Of a DNA stretch of 35,641 nt, positions 7,081 to 17,303 are shown one piece after another. Within the stretch, counting starts at the first letter, position 1; every line of letters starts with the position of its first letter. A program made the position numbers and the translations under genes. The notes under the pieces are model-generated. The model was not told where the DNA came from, ran no database searches, and was given only the letters and a program-made list of their open reading frames with translations. Location: UHGV virus genome UHGV-0194711; one strand, written 5' to 3'. Source of the DNA: a virus.

Positions 7081-9984
7081 TCAACGCATACCGGGATCGA
7101 CCTGGTTAATCAGCGGCGCGATCCAGAACAGGTTATTGCCCGGTAACAGCGTTCGCGCGCTATGCAGGACCCGGTCTCCAGCGTCGCCATTCAGCACGCC
7201 AGCGGTCACATCGGTTACAGTATCCAGCAGGCCAAAGGTTGGCCCCAGAGCAGAACCGATAAAGCCGCGGCTGGCATAACGGGATTGCGTACCGGTGCCG
7301 AGCAATGGCCCAAGTCCTATCATGCCGCCAGATGCCTTTTCCGCCATGTTGTTGTATTCCATCAGCGGGCCGAGGATACCCGAACGGTCGATACCCTCTA
7401 GTACCATCTTCTGCGGCGTCAAATCAACCTCGCGACCGTTAGCCGCCTGCTTAAGCGCATAGGTCAATGAGCCCAGGCCAATCTGGAAGGCGGTACCGTA
7501 ATAGAATTGCGCGGTACCTTCCTGCAGGCCACCGAGCGTCGCGCGGTTATAGGATGCCGTAGCAAAAGACTTAAACTGGAATACAGTTTTCCCCAGCGGG
7601 GTACTGGCCCATAGCGGCGTATCACCGATACCCGGCGTGATAACGGTATTGTTTACGTCTTTCAGTACCGCAGATTGCAGCAAGCCGGCGGCGTACTGGT
7701 CATCCCATTTTTCGAAATTGCCGATATGCCAGCCCTGAATGACTTCGCCGTGCTTCTGAAACTCTTTCTGGATGCGTTCGGCCATTTTGTCATTGATGCC
7801 GAGCTTAGCCAGACGTTTCGCCGGGAACGCACCTGACAAAATACCGTCTGAAGTAATCATGCCATTTACCGATTTGTTCATGTCGTCAAAGTGGCCCATC
7901 ATGGTCAGCTTGCCGAACACATCGGTAATGCGCTCCATGCCCGCTTCGATCGCAGTGGTGCGCGAAGAGCTATCCACCAGATCGCCCATCGTACGCGAGC
8001 GGGTTTGAAGAATAGTTTCCAGCCCTACAGCCATTTTCTTCTGCTCCGCCCGGCTGGCGAGGTAAGCCGGTGATCGAGTGATCAGCGCGCCATATCCACG
8101 CATGGTATTGCTGAAGCCGTTAACCATCATGCCGCGCGCCAGATCCGGAATAGCGGATACCGTCATGCCACCGAGTTTCGTTACAAAGTTGGCACTACGC
8201 AGGAAAGCACCGGCGCGAACGAAAAATGATGATGGATCATCCGGCATACCGTAGGTTCCAACGAGGCGATCGCGGAGCGCCAGAATATCGCGCAGGTCGG
8301 CTTCGCGCGCCTTCGCCAGCTTTTCCTGTTCTGCCGGGCGTAAACGCATCAGCGCGTCGTATTCGTCCTGGATGGCGGCAAGCTGCGAATCCAGCGATTT
8401 GTTGCCAAAGGTGCGGGTTAATTCGATCTCCGCTGAGGCTTCGCGGATATGACGCTGCAGGACGTAATTTGCATCGCTCTCCAGATAGTCTTTCATCAGA
8501 CGATCGGGAACACTCAACGTACGCGATTTAGTGCTACCCGGCGCTTTCACCATAAAGACGTTGGCGAACTCCTGCGGAATTTTGGCCCCGACAATACGGT
8601 TAATAGTGGTATCGGCGGCGATTTCGGCATCTTCGCGGGACATGGTTTTCTCACCGCGTGACCACCAGTCAACCAGCATATTGCGGAATTTATCGCGCTC
8701 GCTAACGATTTTCCCCACCTTGTACACGCGCGGGAAATAGCTGGTCTGCCCCATCGCTTTCAATTCGGCATCCGGCGGGAGTAAGCCCAGTTCCTGCTGG
8801 GCTGTCTTCACGCGGTTAATGACCGTACGCATTGCCTGCGCCGCTTCCTGCACTTTCGCATTAACGTGCACGTCGCCGTTACGCAGCGCCTCACCAACCT
8901 GTTCACGGAAGGCCGTATAACCCAGATCGCCGCCCTCGGCTTTATACTGGGTGTATGCCTGCTTATTAGCAGTAACGACGGCCGCCTCTTCGCGGCGCCA
9001 GCCACGTACGCGCGTCTCGGCAGCTACCGGAGTTTCGATACCGCGCAGGTTGCCTTCCAGCGTGAAGTTATTCTCCGCCAGCTCCAGCGCTGTCCGGCGC
9101 GCTTCTTTTGATGGGGATTCCATCAGGCGGGTGATCGGCGTCAGATAGCTACCGGCCTTTTTAGCCAGCTTGCCGAGCGGGCCGCCGGACACTGGCGTGA
9201 GGTCTTCCAGCGTCGCCTCGCGAATACGCATAGCGCCGACGCTGCCACCGTTCGGTAAAGTATCCGCCAGGGCGTCGGCTGCGTTATTAATCGTTGGCGA
9301 GGCATTCATATTATCGAGCGCCTCGGCTACTTCCCGGGTTGCCGCATTTCTTACCGATGGGGTGATCATAGCGCCAGCAGTAGCAAATACACCGCTGAGA
9401 AGTGCGCCGGCTGTGATATGCGCGGCACTCTCCCTGGCTGTTCTGGTATACTGTTCGTTGTTGAGCACAACCTCGCTAAGCGCGGTACCAGCAGCACCGA
9501 TAGCAACCTGCGAACCAATGCGCGCAACCAGAGTTCCCTGGGCGCCGGGGATGAACATCGAAGCCACCGTGACAGGATCGATAGCCCCAGCAGCGATACT
9601 GGCTAAAGTTCCCTCTGTGCCAGCCTCGGACAGTACACGGCGGTCTTCGTTTTCATCGTCAATCTGGTTTTTAATCCAGGCTGTTTCTTCTGGTGACTGA
9701 GAATCTGCGAAAGCAGATCCCCATTGCTCATAGCCGTGAATTTCATTCTTATCAGCGTAAGGGTTATACCCTTCAGCCGGTTCAAATTGTTTTGCAGGCC
9801 GAAAAATCCCTGCTAGTAGGTTATTCTGTCGGAATGCAGCGCTCCATACGGACGGTTGTGGCGGTTGAGGTTCCGGGTTTGCACCTTCAGGTAAATCAAT
9901 ATCGAACCCTACTGGGGCATCCAGGGCGCTACCAGCAGGTATATAACCATTACTGAATTCGCTGGGTGTGGGGTAAATTGGCAT
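7081..9984 (-). CDS. Internal virion (core/ejection) protein, large (T7 gp16-position)
   Basis: 967 aa, Ala/Gly-rich, last large gene of the internal-protein block before terminase. Positional analogy to T7 gp15/gp16. Confidence 0.6.
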   Translation of the reverse strand: MPIYPTPSEFSNGYIPAGSALDAPVGFDIDLPEGANPEPQPPQPSVWSAAFRQNNLLAGIFRPAKQFEPAEGYNPYADKNEIHGYEQWGSAFADSQSPEETAWIKNQIDDENEDRRVLSEAGTEGTLASIAAGAIDPVTVASMFIPGAQGTLVARIGSQVAIGAAGTALSEVVLNNEQYTRTARESAAHITAGALLSGVFATAGAMITPSVRNAATREVAEALDNMNASPTINNAADALADTLPNGGSVGAMRIREATLEDLTPVSGGPLGKLAKKAGSYLTPITRLMESPSKEARRTALELAENNFTLEGNLRGIETPVAAETRVRGWRREEAAVVTANKQAYTQYKAEGGDLGYTAFREQVGEALRNGDVHVNAKVQEAAQAMRTVINRVKTAQQELGLLPPDAELKAMGQTSYFPRVYKVGKIVSERDKFRNMLVDWWSRGEKTMSREDAEIAADTTINRIVGAKIPQEFANVFMVKAPGSTKSRTLSVPDRLMKDYLESDANYVLQRHIREASAEIELTRTFGNKSLDSQLAAIQDEYDALMRLRPAEQEKLAKAREADLRDILALRDRLVGTYGMPDDPSSFFVRAGAFLRSANFVTKLGGMTVSAIPDLARGMMVNGFSNTMRGYGALITRSPAYLASRAEQKKMAVGLETILQTRSRTMGDLVDSSSRTTAIEAGMERITDVFGKLTMMGHFDDMNKSVNGMITSDGILSGAFPAKRLAKLGINDKMAERIQKEFQKHGEVIQGWHIGNFEKWDDQYAAGLLQSAVLKDVNNTVITPGIGDTPLWASTPLGKTVFQFKSFATASYNRATLGGLQEGTAQFYYGTAFQIGLGSLTYALKQAANGREVDLTPQKMVLEGIDRSGILGPLMEYNNMAEKASGGMIGLGPLLGTGTQSRYASRGFIGSALGPTFGLLDTVTDVTAGVLNGDAGDRVLHSARTLLPGNNLFWIAPLINQVDPGMR

Positions 9985-12695
9985 TATTCATTACTCCATG
10001 AAAAATAATTTTTCGTACGTTCAAGTCGCTCATCATGCAAACGCTGGTACTGCTCATCCAATGCTCGATGTTTCGCTTTAAATCCGCGAATATCTTTTCC
10101 GCGCGAAATTTCATCCTGTTCTTTCTGCTCTCGTTCCTTCTGCATTTTCTGGTAAGGCCCCCATTCCTCTAGGGATGGCCTCCACCGCATTTGCCTACCA
10201 AATTTGTCGTTATAAGGCTGTGCCTTTTCATTACCATCTTTATCCTTAAAGCGAATCCAAATTGCATAATCTTTAATTCTTGGAGTATATACATCAGGCA
10301 CAATTTCCAATTCACCACCAACTTTAGACTCGGGGGTGTTTGAGATAATATTTGTTGCAGTTCCTGACGTGATTCCTAACTGCGTTGGGCTGGTAGAGAT
10401 CTCCTCATTACGCTCGCCATACATTAGTTCCTCTTTTTTTTCTTTCCACAGTTCAGCCTGCCAACCTGACGGACCAAAGTTATATAGTGCTTCTGGTGCA
10501 TATTTCATGAACTGGGCCTTGCCGTTCACTTCGCTAATGCTCCAGTTACGAGAGATTTGAGTGTTGGTCATTTTTTTGGCAATTTCAGAATTCCCACCAG
10601 AATTTCGATAGTTGATATCGTAAAGGGACTGGTAGTCATTTCGAAAATTAACTGCATCAGTTGTTGTATCGCTTGCCTTTGGATCAATTCTGAACCACTG
10701 AGCCATACTATTTCGAGCTGAATCCATAGCACTATCTCGCTCGCTTTTATATTCTTTAGTGCTCTGCGTCGAAGTTAACTGATTTTTTAATGCATCGTTC
10801 TGGTTATAGGTTATATTCTGTGCCTGTTTCACTGCCTCATCAGAAGCCATACCAGCTTCGGTCAATTGCTTAATTGTCAGATAAAAACTTTGTATATCTT
10901 TTGGCATATCACTGACGTTAGAAGATTTAGAGTCGTAAAGCCTATTGAATATTTCAGCGCCTTGCTTCACTACATCTGAGCTACTGGAGCGGGAAATAGC
11001 ATTGAGCTGTGATGTTACCTGCGACGGAACAATGCCGGTCTGGTTTACCTGCTGTACGATAGCATCGTGGGTGGTTGCATCGTTAATGCGGAAATTAAGC
11101 GCCGATGGCGTATTGTCCGCCGCCCTCTGCATAGATTTATTGCTCGGGTCGAGTTTCTCGCCGGAGAGCAGCGCATCGTTAAAGCGGGCGGAGTCGCGCT
11201 GCGCCTGAATATTGGCGTTGCTCTTCTGCACCAGCGCGCTAAGTTTGCCGTGTGCATCAAGTTTTAGCGCAAAATCGGGATCGTTTGCCTGCGGCTTCAC
11301 CTTCGCCAGTTCGGCCTGCTGTTCTGCCGGGGTGGCGTACTGAATAGCCTGGAAGGTTCTGGCGTTATCAATCGCGATATCCAGCTGCTTGACCGCTGTT
11401 TGCCCCTGCTCACCATACGCAAACAAAATGGTGGAGGCGTTCGGCATAGCATCCGGCACCTCGCCGTTATACAGCTGCGCCATTGTATTATTGAGAATCG
11501 GGTCAATCTGCTGGCGCAGCGCCGTACGCTGCTGCCGGATCTGCGCTTCGGCGATATTGTCGATTTTGTTTACTGCTACCGGGTCGAGACCGGTTTTATT
11601 TTTGTTGTAGCGGGACAACCAACCGCGCGTTTCTGCGGGTAGCTGCTTAACGAAATCCGCCATCGAGATTTCGCCTTTGCGCGGGTCGCCCACTTTGGCG
11701 ATCAGTTTATCGACGTTACCCATCCCCCAGTTATACGCGGCCCCGGCCAGTGGTTCTGACTGGTATTTTTTACTGAGCTGCCCGGCATAATCACGCGCCA
11801 GCTGCGCATGCTGCACAGGATCGTCCGGGTTGTATTCCACGCCACGTTTAGCCGCCAGTTCTTTCCCTGTGTCCGGCATCAACTGAAATTCACCCTGCGC
11901 GCCAGCGGGCGATGTAACAAGACTACCATCCGCATTGCGGTGCTTACCACCGGACTCCACCAGGCCAACGGCGCGCATATCGAGTTCGCCGGTGCTGCTG
12001 TTAATCAACGTAAAATCGCCATTCAGCCAGCCAGTGGGATTGGTTACCGCGTAGTTCTGCGCGCGCTGCTCCAGCGCTTTTTGGTTCGCTTCTGATACCG
12101 CCGCGTCGATGCGCTCCTGCGGCCAGCCACGCGCCTGGCCATACATCTCGATCGAGTGTTTACGGGCGCTACGTATCAGCCCTGCCTGCATCGGATTATC
12201 GTATGCGCTGGCCTCTTGTTCGACGGAAGTGGTCACCGTCGCATTAAGCTGCTGCCGCTGGGCCTCATCCGTCTGTGCACGCTCGAAACCGCTGTAGGTA
12301 CTTGTCCGGCGTACCTGCCCTGCTTTCCACTGCGCATCAAAATAGTTTAACTGGTTGGGCGGTACGCGCTTCCGCGCTTCCTCGTAATCGCCAGCGTCGG
12401 CCTTATCCATATCGGTTACCACACCGGACGATTTAAAGCCCTGACGAGTGACCGTGGCGCCCGTCTCCGGGTTTTCCCAGCGGTCATTAGATTTAGCTTC
12501 CAGATCAGTCAGAATCGCCTGCGTGGCTGCCACATCGGCTTTATCCTGCTCATGCTGTACTTGTTCTGCTACCTGCCCTGTAGCGGTCCCAAAACCAGAC
12601 ACCGCATTGCCTATAGTGCCTACATTGCTAACAGCGACACGCGTCTGCTGTGCCTGCGGTGTCACATTACCAAAATTACCCGTTGGAATTCTCAC
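9984..12695 (-). CDS. Internal virion protein with lytic transglycosylase (SLT) domain
   Basis: 903 aa. SLT signature ES...S.AGAQGEFQLMP and AAYNWGMGNV around aa 240-330, as in the peptidoglycan-degrading T7 gp16 family. Confidence 0.75.
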   Translation of the reverse strand: MRIPTGNFGNVTPQAQQTRVAVSNVGTIGNAVSGFGTATGQVAEQVQHEQDKADVAATQAILTDLEAKSNDRWENPETGATVTRQGFKSSGVVTDMDKADAGDYEEARKRVPPNQLNYFDAQWKAGQVRRTSTYSGFERAQTDEAQRQQLNATVTTSVEQEASAYDNPMQAGLIRSARKHSIEMYGQARGWPQERIDAAVSEANQKALEQRAQNYAVTNPTGWLNGDFTLINSSTGELDMRAVGLVESGGKHRNADGSLVTSPAGAQGEFQLMPDTGKELAAKRGVEYNPDDPVQHAQLARDYAGQLSKKYQSEPLAGAAYNWGMGNVDKLIAKVGDPRKGEISMADFVKQLPAETRGWLSRYNKNKTGLDPVAVNKIDNIAEAQIRQQRTALRQQIDPILNNTMAQLYNGEVPDAMPNASTILFAYGEQGQTAVKQLDIAIDNARTFQAIQYATPAEQQAELAKVKPQANDPDFALKLDAHGKLSALVQKSNANIQAQRDSARFNDALLSGEKLDPSNKSMQRAADNTPSALNFRINDATTHDAIVQQVNQTGIVPSQVTSQLNAISRSSSSDVVKQGAEIFNRLYDSKSSNVSDMPKDIQSFYLTIKQLTEAGMASDEAVKQAQNITYNQNDALKNQLTSTQSTKEYKSERDSAMDSARNSMAQWFRIDPKASDTTTDAVNFRNDYQSLYDINYRNSGGNSEIAKKMTNTQISRNWSISEVNGKAQFMKYAPEALYNFGPSGWQAELWKEKKEELMYGERNEEISTSPTQLGITSGTATNIISNTPESKVGGELEIVPDVYTPRIKDYAIWIRFKDKDGNEKAQPYNDKFGRQMRWRPSLEEWGPYQKMQKEREQKEQDEISRGKDIRGFKAKHRALDEQYQRLHDERLERTKNYFSWSNE

Positions 12696-12700
12696 GTCAC

Positions 12701-13189
12701 TTACTCCGCATATAAACCGTATTTGCCTGTTTTTGCTTTTTTCCAGCCGCTGTATGCAGTTCCGCCAGCACTAAGTAATGAACTGCCAGCACTAATATTC
12801 CCCGCTGTCGCCGCATTACTGCCGCTGATCCTGTCGGCTTGTGCCTGCGCCTGCAGGCGATTAGAAGAATTCACGCCATTAAGGATTGTCTGATAGGCGT
12901 CCTGCTCCGCATCCCCTGCAATACCTGACGTGACACGGAGCGCCGTTCCCTCTCCCGTCTCAACGCCTGAAGCTGCCAACGCAGCATTGGCGGCAGATGC
13001 CTGCTGGCGACCGGCTTTACGAATACGCTCCGCTTCAACTTTTGCCGCTGCTTTTGATGCTTCGGCGTCGGCTTCAGCCTGCGCGGCCTGATAGTTCGCC
13101 ATTTTCTTTTGCTGCTGGCCGCTGGCCACTGCCCCGCCAGCAGCGAGAACCGAAGAAGCCACCAGTGCGATTTCAACACCTGTACACAT
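12701..13189 (-). CDS. Small internal virion protein (T7 gp14-position), membrane-associated
   Basis: Start taken at internal MCTGVEIALVASSVLAAGG (TM helix) 2 nt after the GNAT stop; Ala/Gln-rich coiled region. Track ORF extends to 13324 but that would overlap the GNAT gene. Confidence 0.5.
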   Translation of the reverse strand: MCTGVEIALVASSVLAAGGAVASGQQQKKMANYQAAQAEADAEASKAAAKVEAERIRKAGRQQASAANAALAASGVETGEGTALRVTSGIAGDAEQDAYQTILNGVNSSNRLQAQAQADRISGSNAATAGNISAGSSLLSAGGTAYSGWKKAKTGKYGLYAE

Positions 13190-13191
13190 CG

Positions 13192-13644
13192 TTAAACCTC
13201 CATCGAATAAAGCAGCCCGGTACGTTGCAGACCGAGGCGGGAATAAAGCTGGCCAGTACGTTCGGCATGGACGCCCGTGGTGATCCCCATGTTGATCACT
13301 GCGGCGCCGTGTTCTTTCGACCATTCGATAAATGCACGGGCCAGCCGTGGGCCCGCGCTGCCGCCCCGGTACTCCGGAGCGACGAACAGGCCATATTCAA
13401 ACGCCATCAACTGGCGGGAAAAAAACTGCTCCGCGATGCCGCCGCCGAGCCAGCCAATCACCAGGCCGTTTTTCTCTGCCACCAGCACGCATCCGGCGGG
13501 GGAATAAATCAGGCTCTCAGCCAGTTCCGCGCATTTGTCCGCGTCAAAGGGTGAGTTTTCGGAATAGCGGGATTCCAGGTACATCCGGGTTCCCAGTTCG
13601 ATAAGCGCCGGAATATCACCGGCGGTTGCATTACGGATCATCAT
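13192..13644 (-). CDS. GNAT-family N-acetyltransferase embedded in the virion module (T7 gp13-position)
   Basis: 150 aa with GNAT motif A (VAPEYRGGSAGPRLARAFIEW) and typical fold length; stop/start overlap with tail tubular B. Confidence 0.7.
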   Translation of the reverse strand: MMIRNATAGDIPALIELGTRMYLESRYSENSPFDADKCAELAESLIYSPAGCVLVAEKNGLVIGWLGGGIAEQFFSRQLMAFEYGLFVAPEYRGGSAGPRLARAFIEWSKEHGAAVINMGITTGVHAERTGQLYSRLGLQRTGLLYSMEV

Positions 13645-15635
13645 TAGCCCCCGTTGCTGGAGAACGTGAAAATAATCGCCAGCAGATGAAACGGCAGCGG
13701 CTGGCGTTGCTGAATAATCAAAGTGTCTTCCCCGCGCTCCCAGCCAAGTTTCCCGAAATAATGATCACCGGTGAAAAGTGGCGCGGGCTGGTTAAGGATT
13801 TTTGGGCCGAAGGTACGGAAGGGGATCACCTGACCGTTGCACTCCGCGCCAGTGGTTTCCATAAAGCGGAGCGTGACTTCGCTGGTACGCTTGCGGGCGT
13901 TCTGCGTGGTGCCTTCGGTCGTTGAGATTTCCGGCGTCAGCGTCTGGATGGTGGTTTCGTAATGCAGGCCTACTTCGATTTTTTTCGCTTTGCGGCTGAG
14001 AGTGATTTGCCCGTCTGTTACCGTTGCCTGCGGCATCACGGAACCATCGGCCACCACATCAACCGTTTTTCCATTGAGGTGAGAAAGACCTGTCCACGTG
14101 GTGGCACCTTCTGAACTGGAGCCGGTTACTGCGGAATCGGTATTCAGGTTGCTGTCGAATACTTCAACATAACGAACGGTCTGGCCGTTAACTTCCCGGC
14201 GCACCAGAACATAAATCACGTCGTCGCTTTCCGAGGGAATACTCGCCACCGATTCAAAAACGCCATCGGTGATCTGGCGTGACCATGCGACTACATCCTG
14301 CGCCCGGTCGATACCCATCGTCACCAGTACGCCATCGGCGCGGATCAGCCACACGAACGCATCAGGCTGTTGCTGATACGCCATATCGAGGACGCCGCCG
14401 GCCGTGATGTGTTCGGCCAGCACCGTTAAATCATTGGCGGAATACGAAACGTAGCTGTCGGGGTCATACGCCACGGCATACAGTTTTTTCCCGGCACGCT
14501 GGATAAACATAATTTCGGTACCGACACGAACCGGGCGAATGCTGTTGCAGCCGTACGGGCTGGGATTTTTTACCGAAATATTGGTCGGGGTGATCGCCGC
14601 GTCGCTGCCGGCAGTGATTGTAAACTCGCCGCCGTACGTCAGCGCGATAAGCGTATTCATCTGCGCCAGATGCACGATCGGGTTTAACTGGTCAGAAGAC
14701 AGCGTAAAGCTGATCGCGTCGTCGTCGTCCGTTCCCAGCTCAAACGACAGGTAAACGCCGGTTTCGCTCCACCAGATTGTTTGCGGGTACTGCGGGGAAC
14801 CAGCCAGAACCAGCCGCTGCTGGTACAGCGTCACCGCGCCGGGGTAGCCAAATTCCTCCGTCCAGACAGTATCTTCACGTGTCCAGGCTCCGGGGGATGC
14901 CGCCTGCGTTGCGCTTAAATCGGTGCGGATGGTGCCGACAGCAATCTGCGCGCTGGTGATGCTCTTAATTAGCACCAGACCGCTGTTAATGCGAACGTAC
15001 GAACCAACGTCCTCCGATATCCAGCCGGTACCAGTAAACGCGGGGGAATCGTCATCATCTGCGGGTTCGGCATCACTGAGCGTCAGCGTGATTTCTGAGC
15101 CGACGAATTCTTTAACCGATGGCTTACACCATTTCTCCGGCGTGTCGCGGATTTCGTCGAATGGTTCCACGATAAACGGCGCGGCTTCCAGTACCCAATC
15201 AGTTTGCCCCTTACGCTGCAAGCGGTGCGGCGGGACGCTCTGGTGCACTAAAAACATCGTGTCAGCGCCCTGCACGTAATTCACCTCAGACAACATATCG
15301 ACGGTGTACGGGCTGGCGATTTCATACGGGGTATTATCGTCGTTTACCAGCTGCCGGCCGTTCTGGTAGATGCGCAGATACCCGTCGCCAAATTCGAGCA
15401 TGTACGCCTGCGAGCGGTTAAAGACGTAGGGGATCAGTCGTGCTGTCCGGTCACCATATTTAGCGGCAGCGGCAAAGCGCGTACCCGGTCGGCGAACGAC
15501 ACCGCCCTGCACCACGCACACCGCGTTTTCGATAATTTTTGCACCGTTGGCATAGCGGGCGATATCAACACGCCCCATCAGGCGCGGGGAAATTTCACCC
15601 GCGGTAAAATTGGTTTTTATTAGGTTCGCGCGCAT
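13644..15635 (-). CDS. Tail tubular protein B (T7 gp12-like)
   Basis: 663 aa; N-terminal G-x-IS-x-x-P...Y..G...RRP pattern resembles T7 gp12 N-terminus; follows tubular A with overlapping start/stop. Confidence 0.65.
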   Translation of the reverse strand: MRANLIKTNFTAGEISPRLMGRVDIARYANGAKIIENAVCVVQGGVVRRPGTRFAAAAKYGDRTARLIPYVFNRSQAYMLEFGDGYLRIYQNGRQLVNDDNTPYEIASPYTVDMLSEVNYVQGADTMFLVHQSVPPHRLQRKGQTDWVLEAAPFIVEPFDEIRDTPEKWCKPSVKEFVGSEITLTLSDAEPADDDDSPAFTGTGWISEDVGSYVRINSGLVLIKSITSAQIAVGTIRTDLSATQAASPGAWTREDTVWTEEFGYPGAVTLYQQRLVLAGSPQYPQTIWWSETGVYLSFELGTDDDDAISFTLSSDQLNPIVHLAQMNTLIALTYGGEFTITAGSDAAITPTNISVKNPSPYGCNSIRPVRVGTEIMFIQRAGKKLYAVAYDPDSYVSYSANDLTVLAEHITAGGVLDMAYQQQPDAFVWLIRADGVLVTMGIDRAQDVVAWSRQITDGVFESVASIPSESDDVIYVLVRREVNGQTVRYVEVFDSNLNTDSAVTGSSSEGATTWTGLSHLNGKTVDVVADGSVMPQATVTDGQITLSRKAKKIEVGLHYETTIQTLTPEISTTEGTTQNARKRTSEVTLRFMETTGAECNGQVIPFRTFGPKILNQPAPLFTGDHYFGKLGWERGEDTLIIQQRQPLPFHLLAIIFTFSSNGG

Positions 15636-16198
15636 CAGAACCTCGATTCATAAGTTGGATAGCCGTCCAGCGTTTCCGGCGGTTCTTCCTGTCCGTCGAT
15701 AGATTTGGCCTGGCGAAGAAGGAATGCAGCTTCCTGCGTCAGACTGTCGCGCAGACTCGCGGAGCCGGTGACGGCGTACGCCAGCTTTGCGGCCATGAAC
15801 GCTTCGGCCAGATTGACCAGCGACGAATCCCACGTCGATTCATCCTCGTTACGAAACAGGTAGCGCAGATAAATTACGTTCTGATTCGCCAGCAGGCGGT
15901 TTCCTTCAACGCGGTACCCGATATCCTCATACTCACGGCCAACGGACAGGATCCGGATTAAATCGCCCGGCAGCGGGAACTGGTAGCCGAAACCAAACGC
16001 GGGCGCGGTGCTGGACGGTGAGAGCACGACGCGTTTTACCGCGCAGTTCCATGGATGTTTTCGCAGCAGGTCATTGCGTACGGTAGGGTAAATATTGGAG
16101 CACAGGCGGGCGTGTTCGGTCGCTTCGTCGAAGCTGTTAATGGGATGAGCGCCGAGCGCCAGCAGTACGTTAGAACAGATAGAGATACTGGAAGCCAT
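15635..16198 (-). CDS. Tail tubular protein A (T7 gp11-position)
   Basis: 187 aa, directly after the capsid terminator and before tubular B. Positional and size analogy to T7 gp11 (196 aa); sequence similarity not obvious by eye. Confidence 0.55.
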   Translation of the reverse strand: MASSISICSNVLLALGAHPINSFDEATEHARLCSNIYPTVRNDLLRKHPWNCAVKRVVLSPSSTAPAFGFGYQFPLPGDLIRILSVGREYEDIGYRVEGNRLLANQNVIYLRYLFRNEDESTWDSSLVNLAEAFMAAKLAYAVTGSASLRDSLTQEAAFLLRQAKSIDGQEEPPETLDGYPTYESRF

Positions 16199-16213
16199 AG
16201 CCTTACCTCAGAT

Positions 16214-16241
16214 GAAAAAAGGCCGGGAGGGATCCCCCGGC
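16214..16241 (-). terminator. Rho-independent terminator immediately downstream of the major capsid gene (analogous to T7 T-phi)
   Basis: On the transcribed strand GCCGGGGGATCCCTCCCGGCC hairpin followed by TTTTTT; located between capsid stop and tubular A start. Confidence 0.6.
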
Positions 16242-16257
16242 AAAGGTACCAGCGGCT

Positions 16258-17163
16258 TTATGCTACAAAATCGATGGCAACGACTTTTTTCTCGTTGGCG
16301 CGGCCAGCGCCATAGGACGCATCAACGGAAATCTGGATGGTGTTATTTTTATCGCGACGCGGGCCGATATCGACGTTGTACTCAGCGCCGGTACCGAAAT
16401 GCACAGCGGACTTACACCAGGCGGCGGCGGTTTTGGTGGTGACGTTTTCGGCAGTGGCAGAATCCAGCTTCTCGTATGCCAGCCAGTTAAAGCCCAGCCA
16501 TTTAGACGACACCGAACCTTCCTGAAGCATTTTCACCGCCATAAAGTCGGCGCTGGTCAGCGTGGTATCGCTGAGGATCTGCGTCAGCATGTCGGCGTTG
16601 TACGTCATGTACAGCTCTTCGCCGTTCTGCTCGTCACATTCGTTACGGCGGAACATCGCTTTTGCTGCGATCAGTTTGGCTTTGGTCATGCCAGTACCGC
16701 CAGCAACGATTTTCTGCGAGGCCGGGAGGGTAACGGATGCATACGCGCCGTTGTTCTCAGTCTTACGCAGTACCGCATCGAGCAGCGCGCGGTAAATTAC
16801 ATCGTCTTTTTTGCGGTTGGCGGCGGACAGGGTGAGCTGCAAATACGGCCCCTGCGGGTCGGCAATCAGCTTGCGCAGGTCGCGTTTCTCGACCGGGACG
16901 AAAACGCCGTAGTCGGCCATCAGCGCATTACGGGTACCGGCTTCCGGAACATCCCAGACGGTATCACCGAAACGCGTGGTGATCTGGTTCATCTCAATGG
17001 TACCCATATCGTTGATGGTGAACGACGCACCGGTGATGCTGCCACGGTCATGGACAGCCGCTTGCAGGCGCGAATCCTTTTGCTGTGCAGCAATTTCGAA
17101 AGAATCATGAAACTGCGTAACAAACGCAGCGGTGATCATGTTCTTGTTTGCATCAAATGACAT
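16258..17163 (-). CDS. Major capsid protein
   Basis: Start at MSFDANKN (ATG 17163 with GGAG RBS); ~300 aa; position after scaffold and before T-phi-like terminator; abundant-protein composition. Confidence 0.7.
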   Translation of the reverse strand: MSFDANKNMITAAFVTQFHDSFEIAAQQKDSRLQAAVHDRGSITGASFTINDMGTIEMNQITTRFGDTVWDVPEAGTRNALMADYGVFVPVEKRDLRKLIADPQGPYLQLTLSAANRKKDDVIYRALLDAVLRKTENNGAYASVTLPASQKIVAGGTGMTKAKLIAAKAMFRRNECDEQNGEELYMTYNADMLTQILSDTTLTSADFMAVKMLQEGSVSSKWLGFNWLAYEKLDSATAENVTTKTAAAWCKSAVHFGTGAEYNVDIGPRRDKNNTIQISVDASYGAGRANEKKVVAIDFVA

Positions 17164-17303
17164 AAAAATCACTCCAGTAAAAAATCGCCTGCGGGGTGTC
17201 GGTTTCCCGGCCCAAATCTGCACAATGCGGTTGGCGCTGGCGCATTGCGGGAGAAATCAGGTATCCGGCGTCCCCGCCGGGCTGGTTATGGAGTGATTGT
17301 TAT

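Noticed and set aside
9170-9700. 176-aa + strand ORF, and other short + strand ORFs (7162-9956) inside the 967-aa gene
   Set aside because: All embedded antisense within a long, well-supported minus-strand structural gene; Ser/Ala/Pro-rich shadow frames.
12871-13179. 102-aa minus-strand ORF overlapping the small internal virion gene
   Set aside because: Alternative frame of the same region, highly basic (Arg/Lys/Gln repeats); the co-linear frame with TM helix and coupled start is preferred.
16399-17160. 253-aa ORF on the + strand
   Set aside because: Antisense to the major capsid gene; no RBS context and a composition typical of reverse-frame artefacts.
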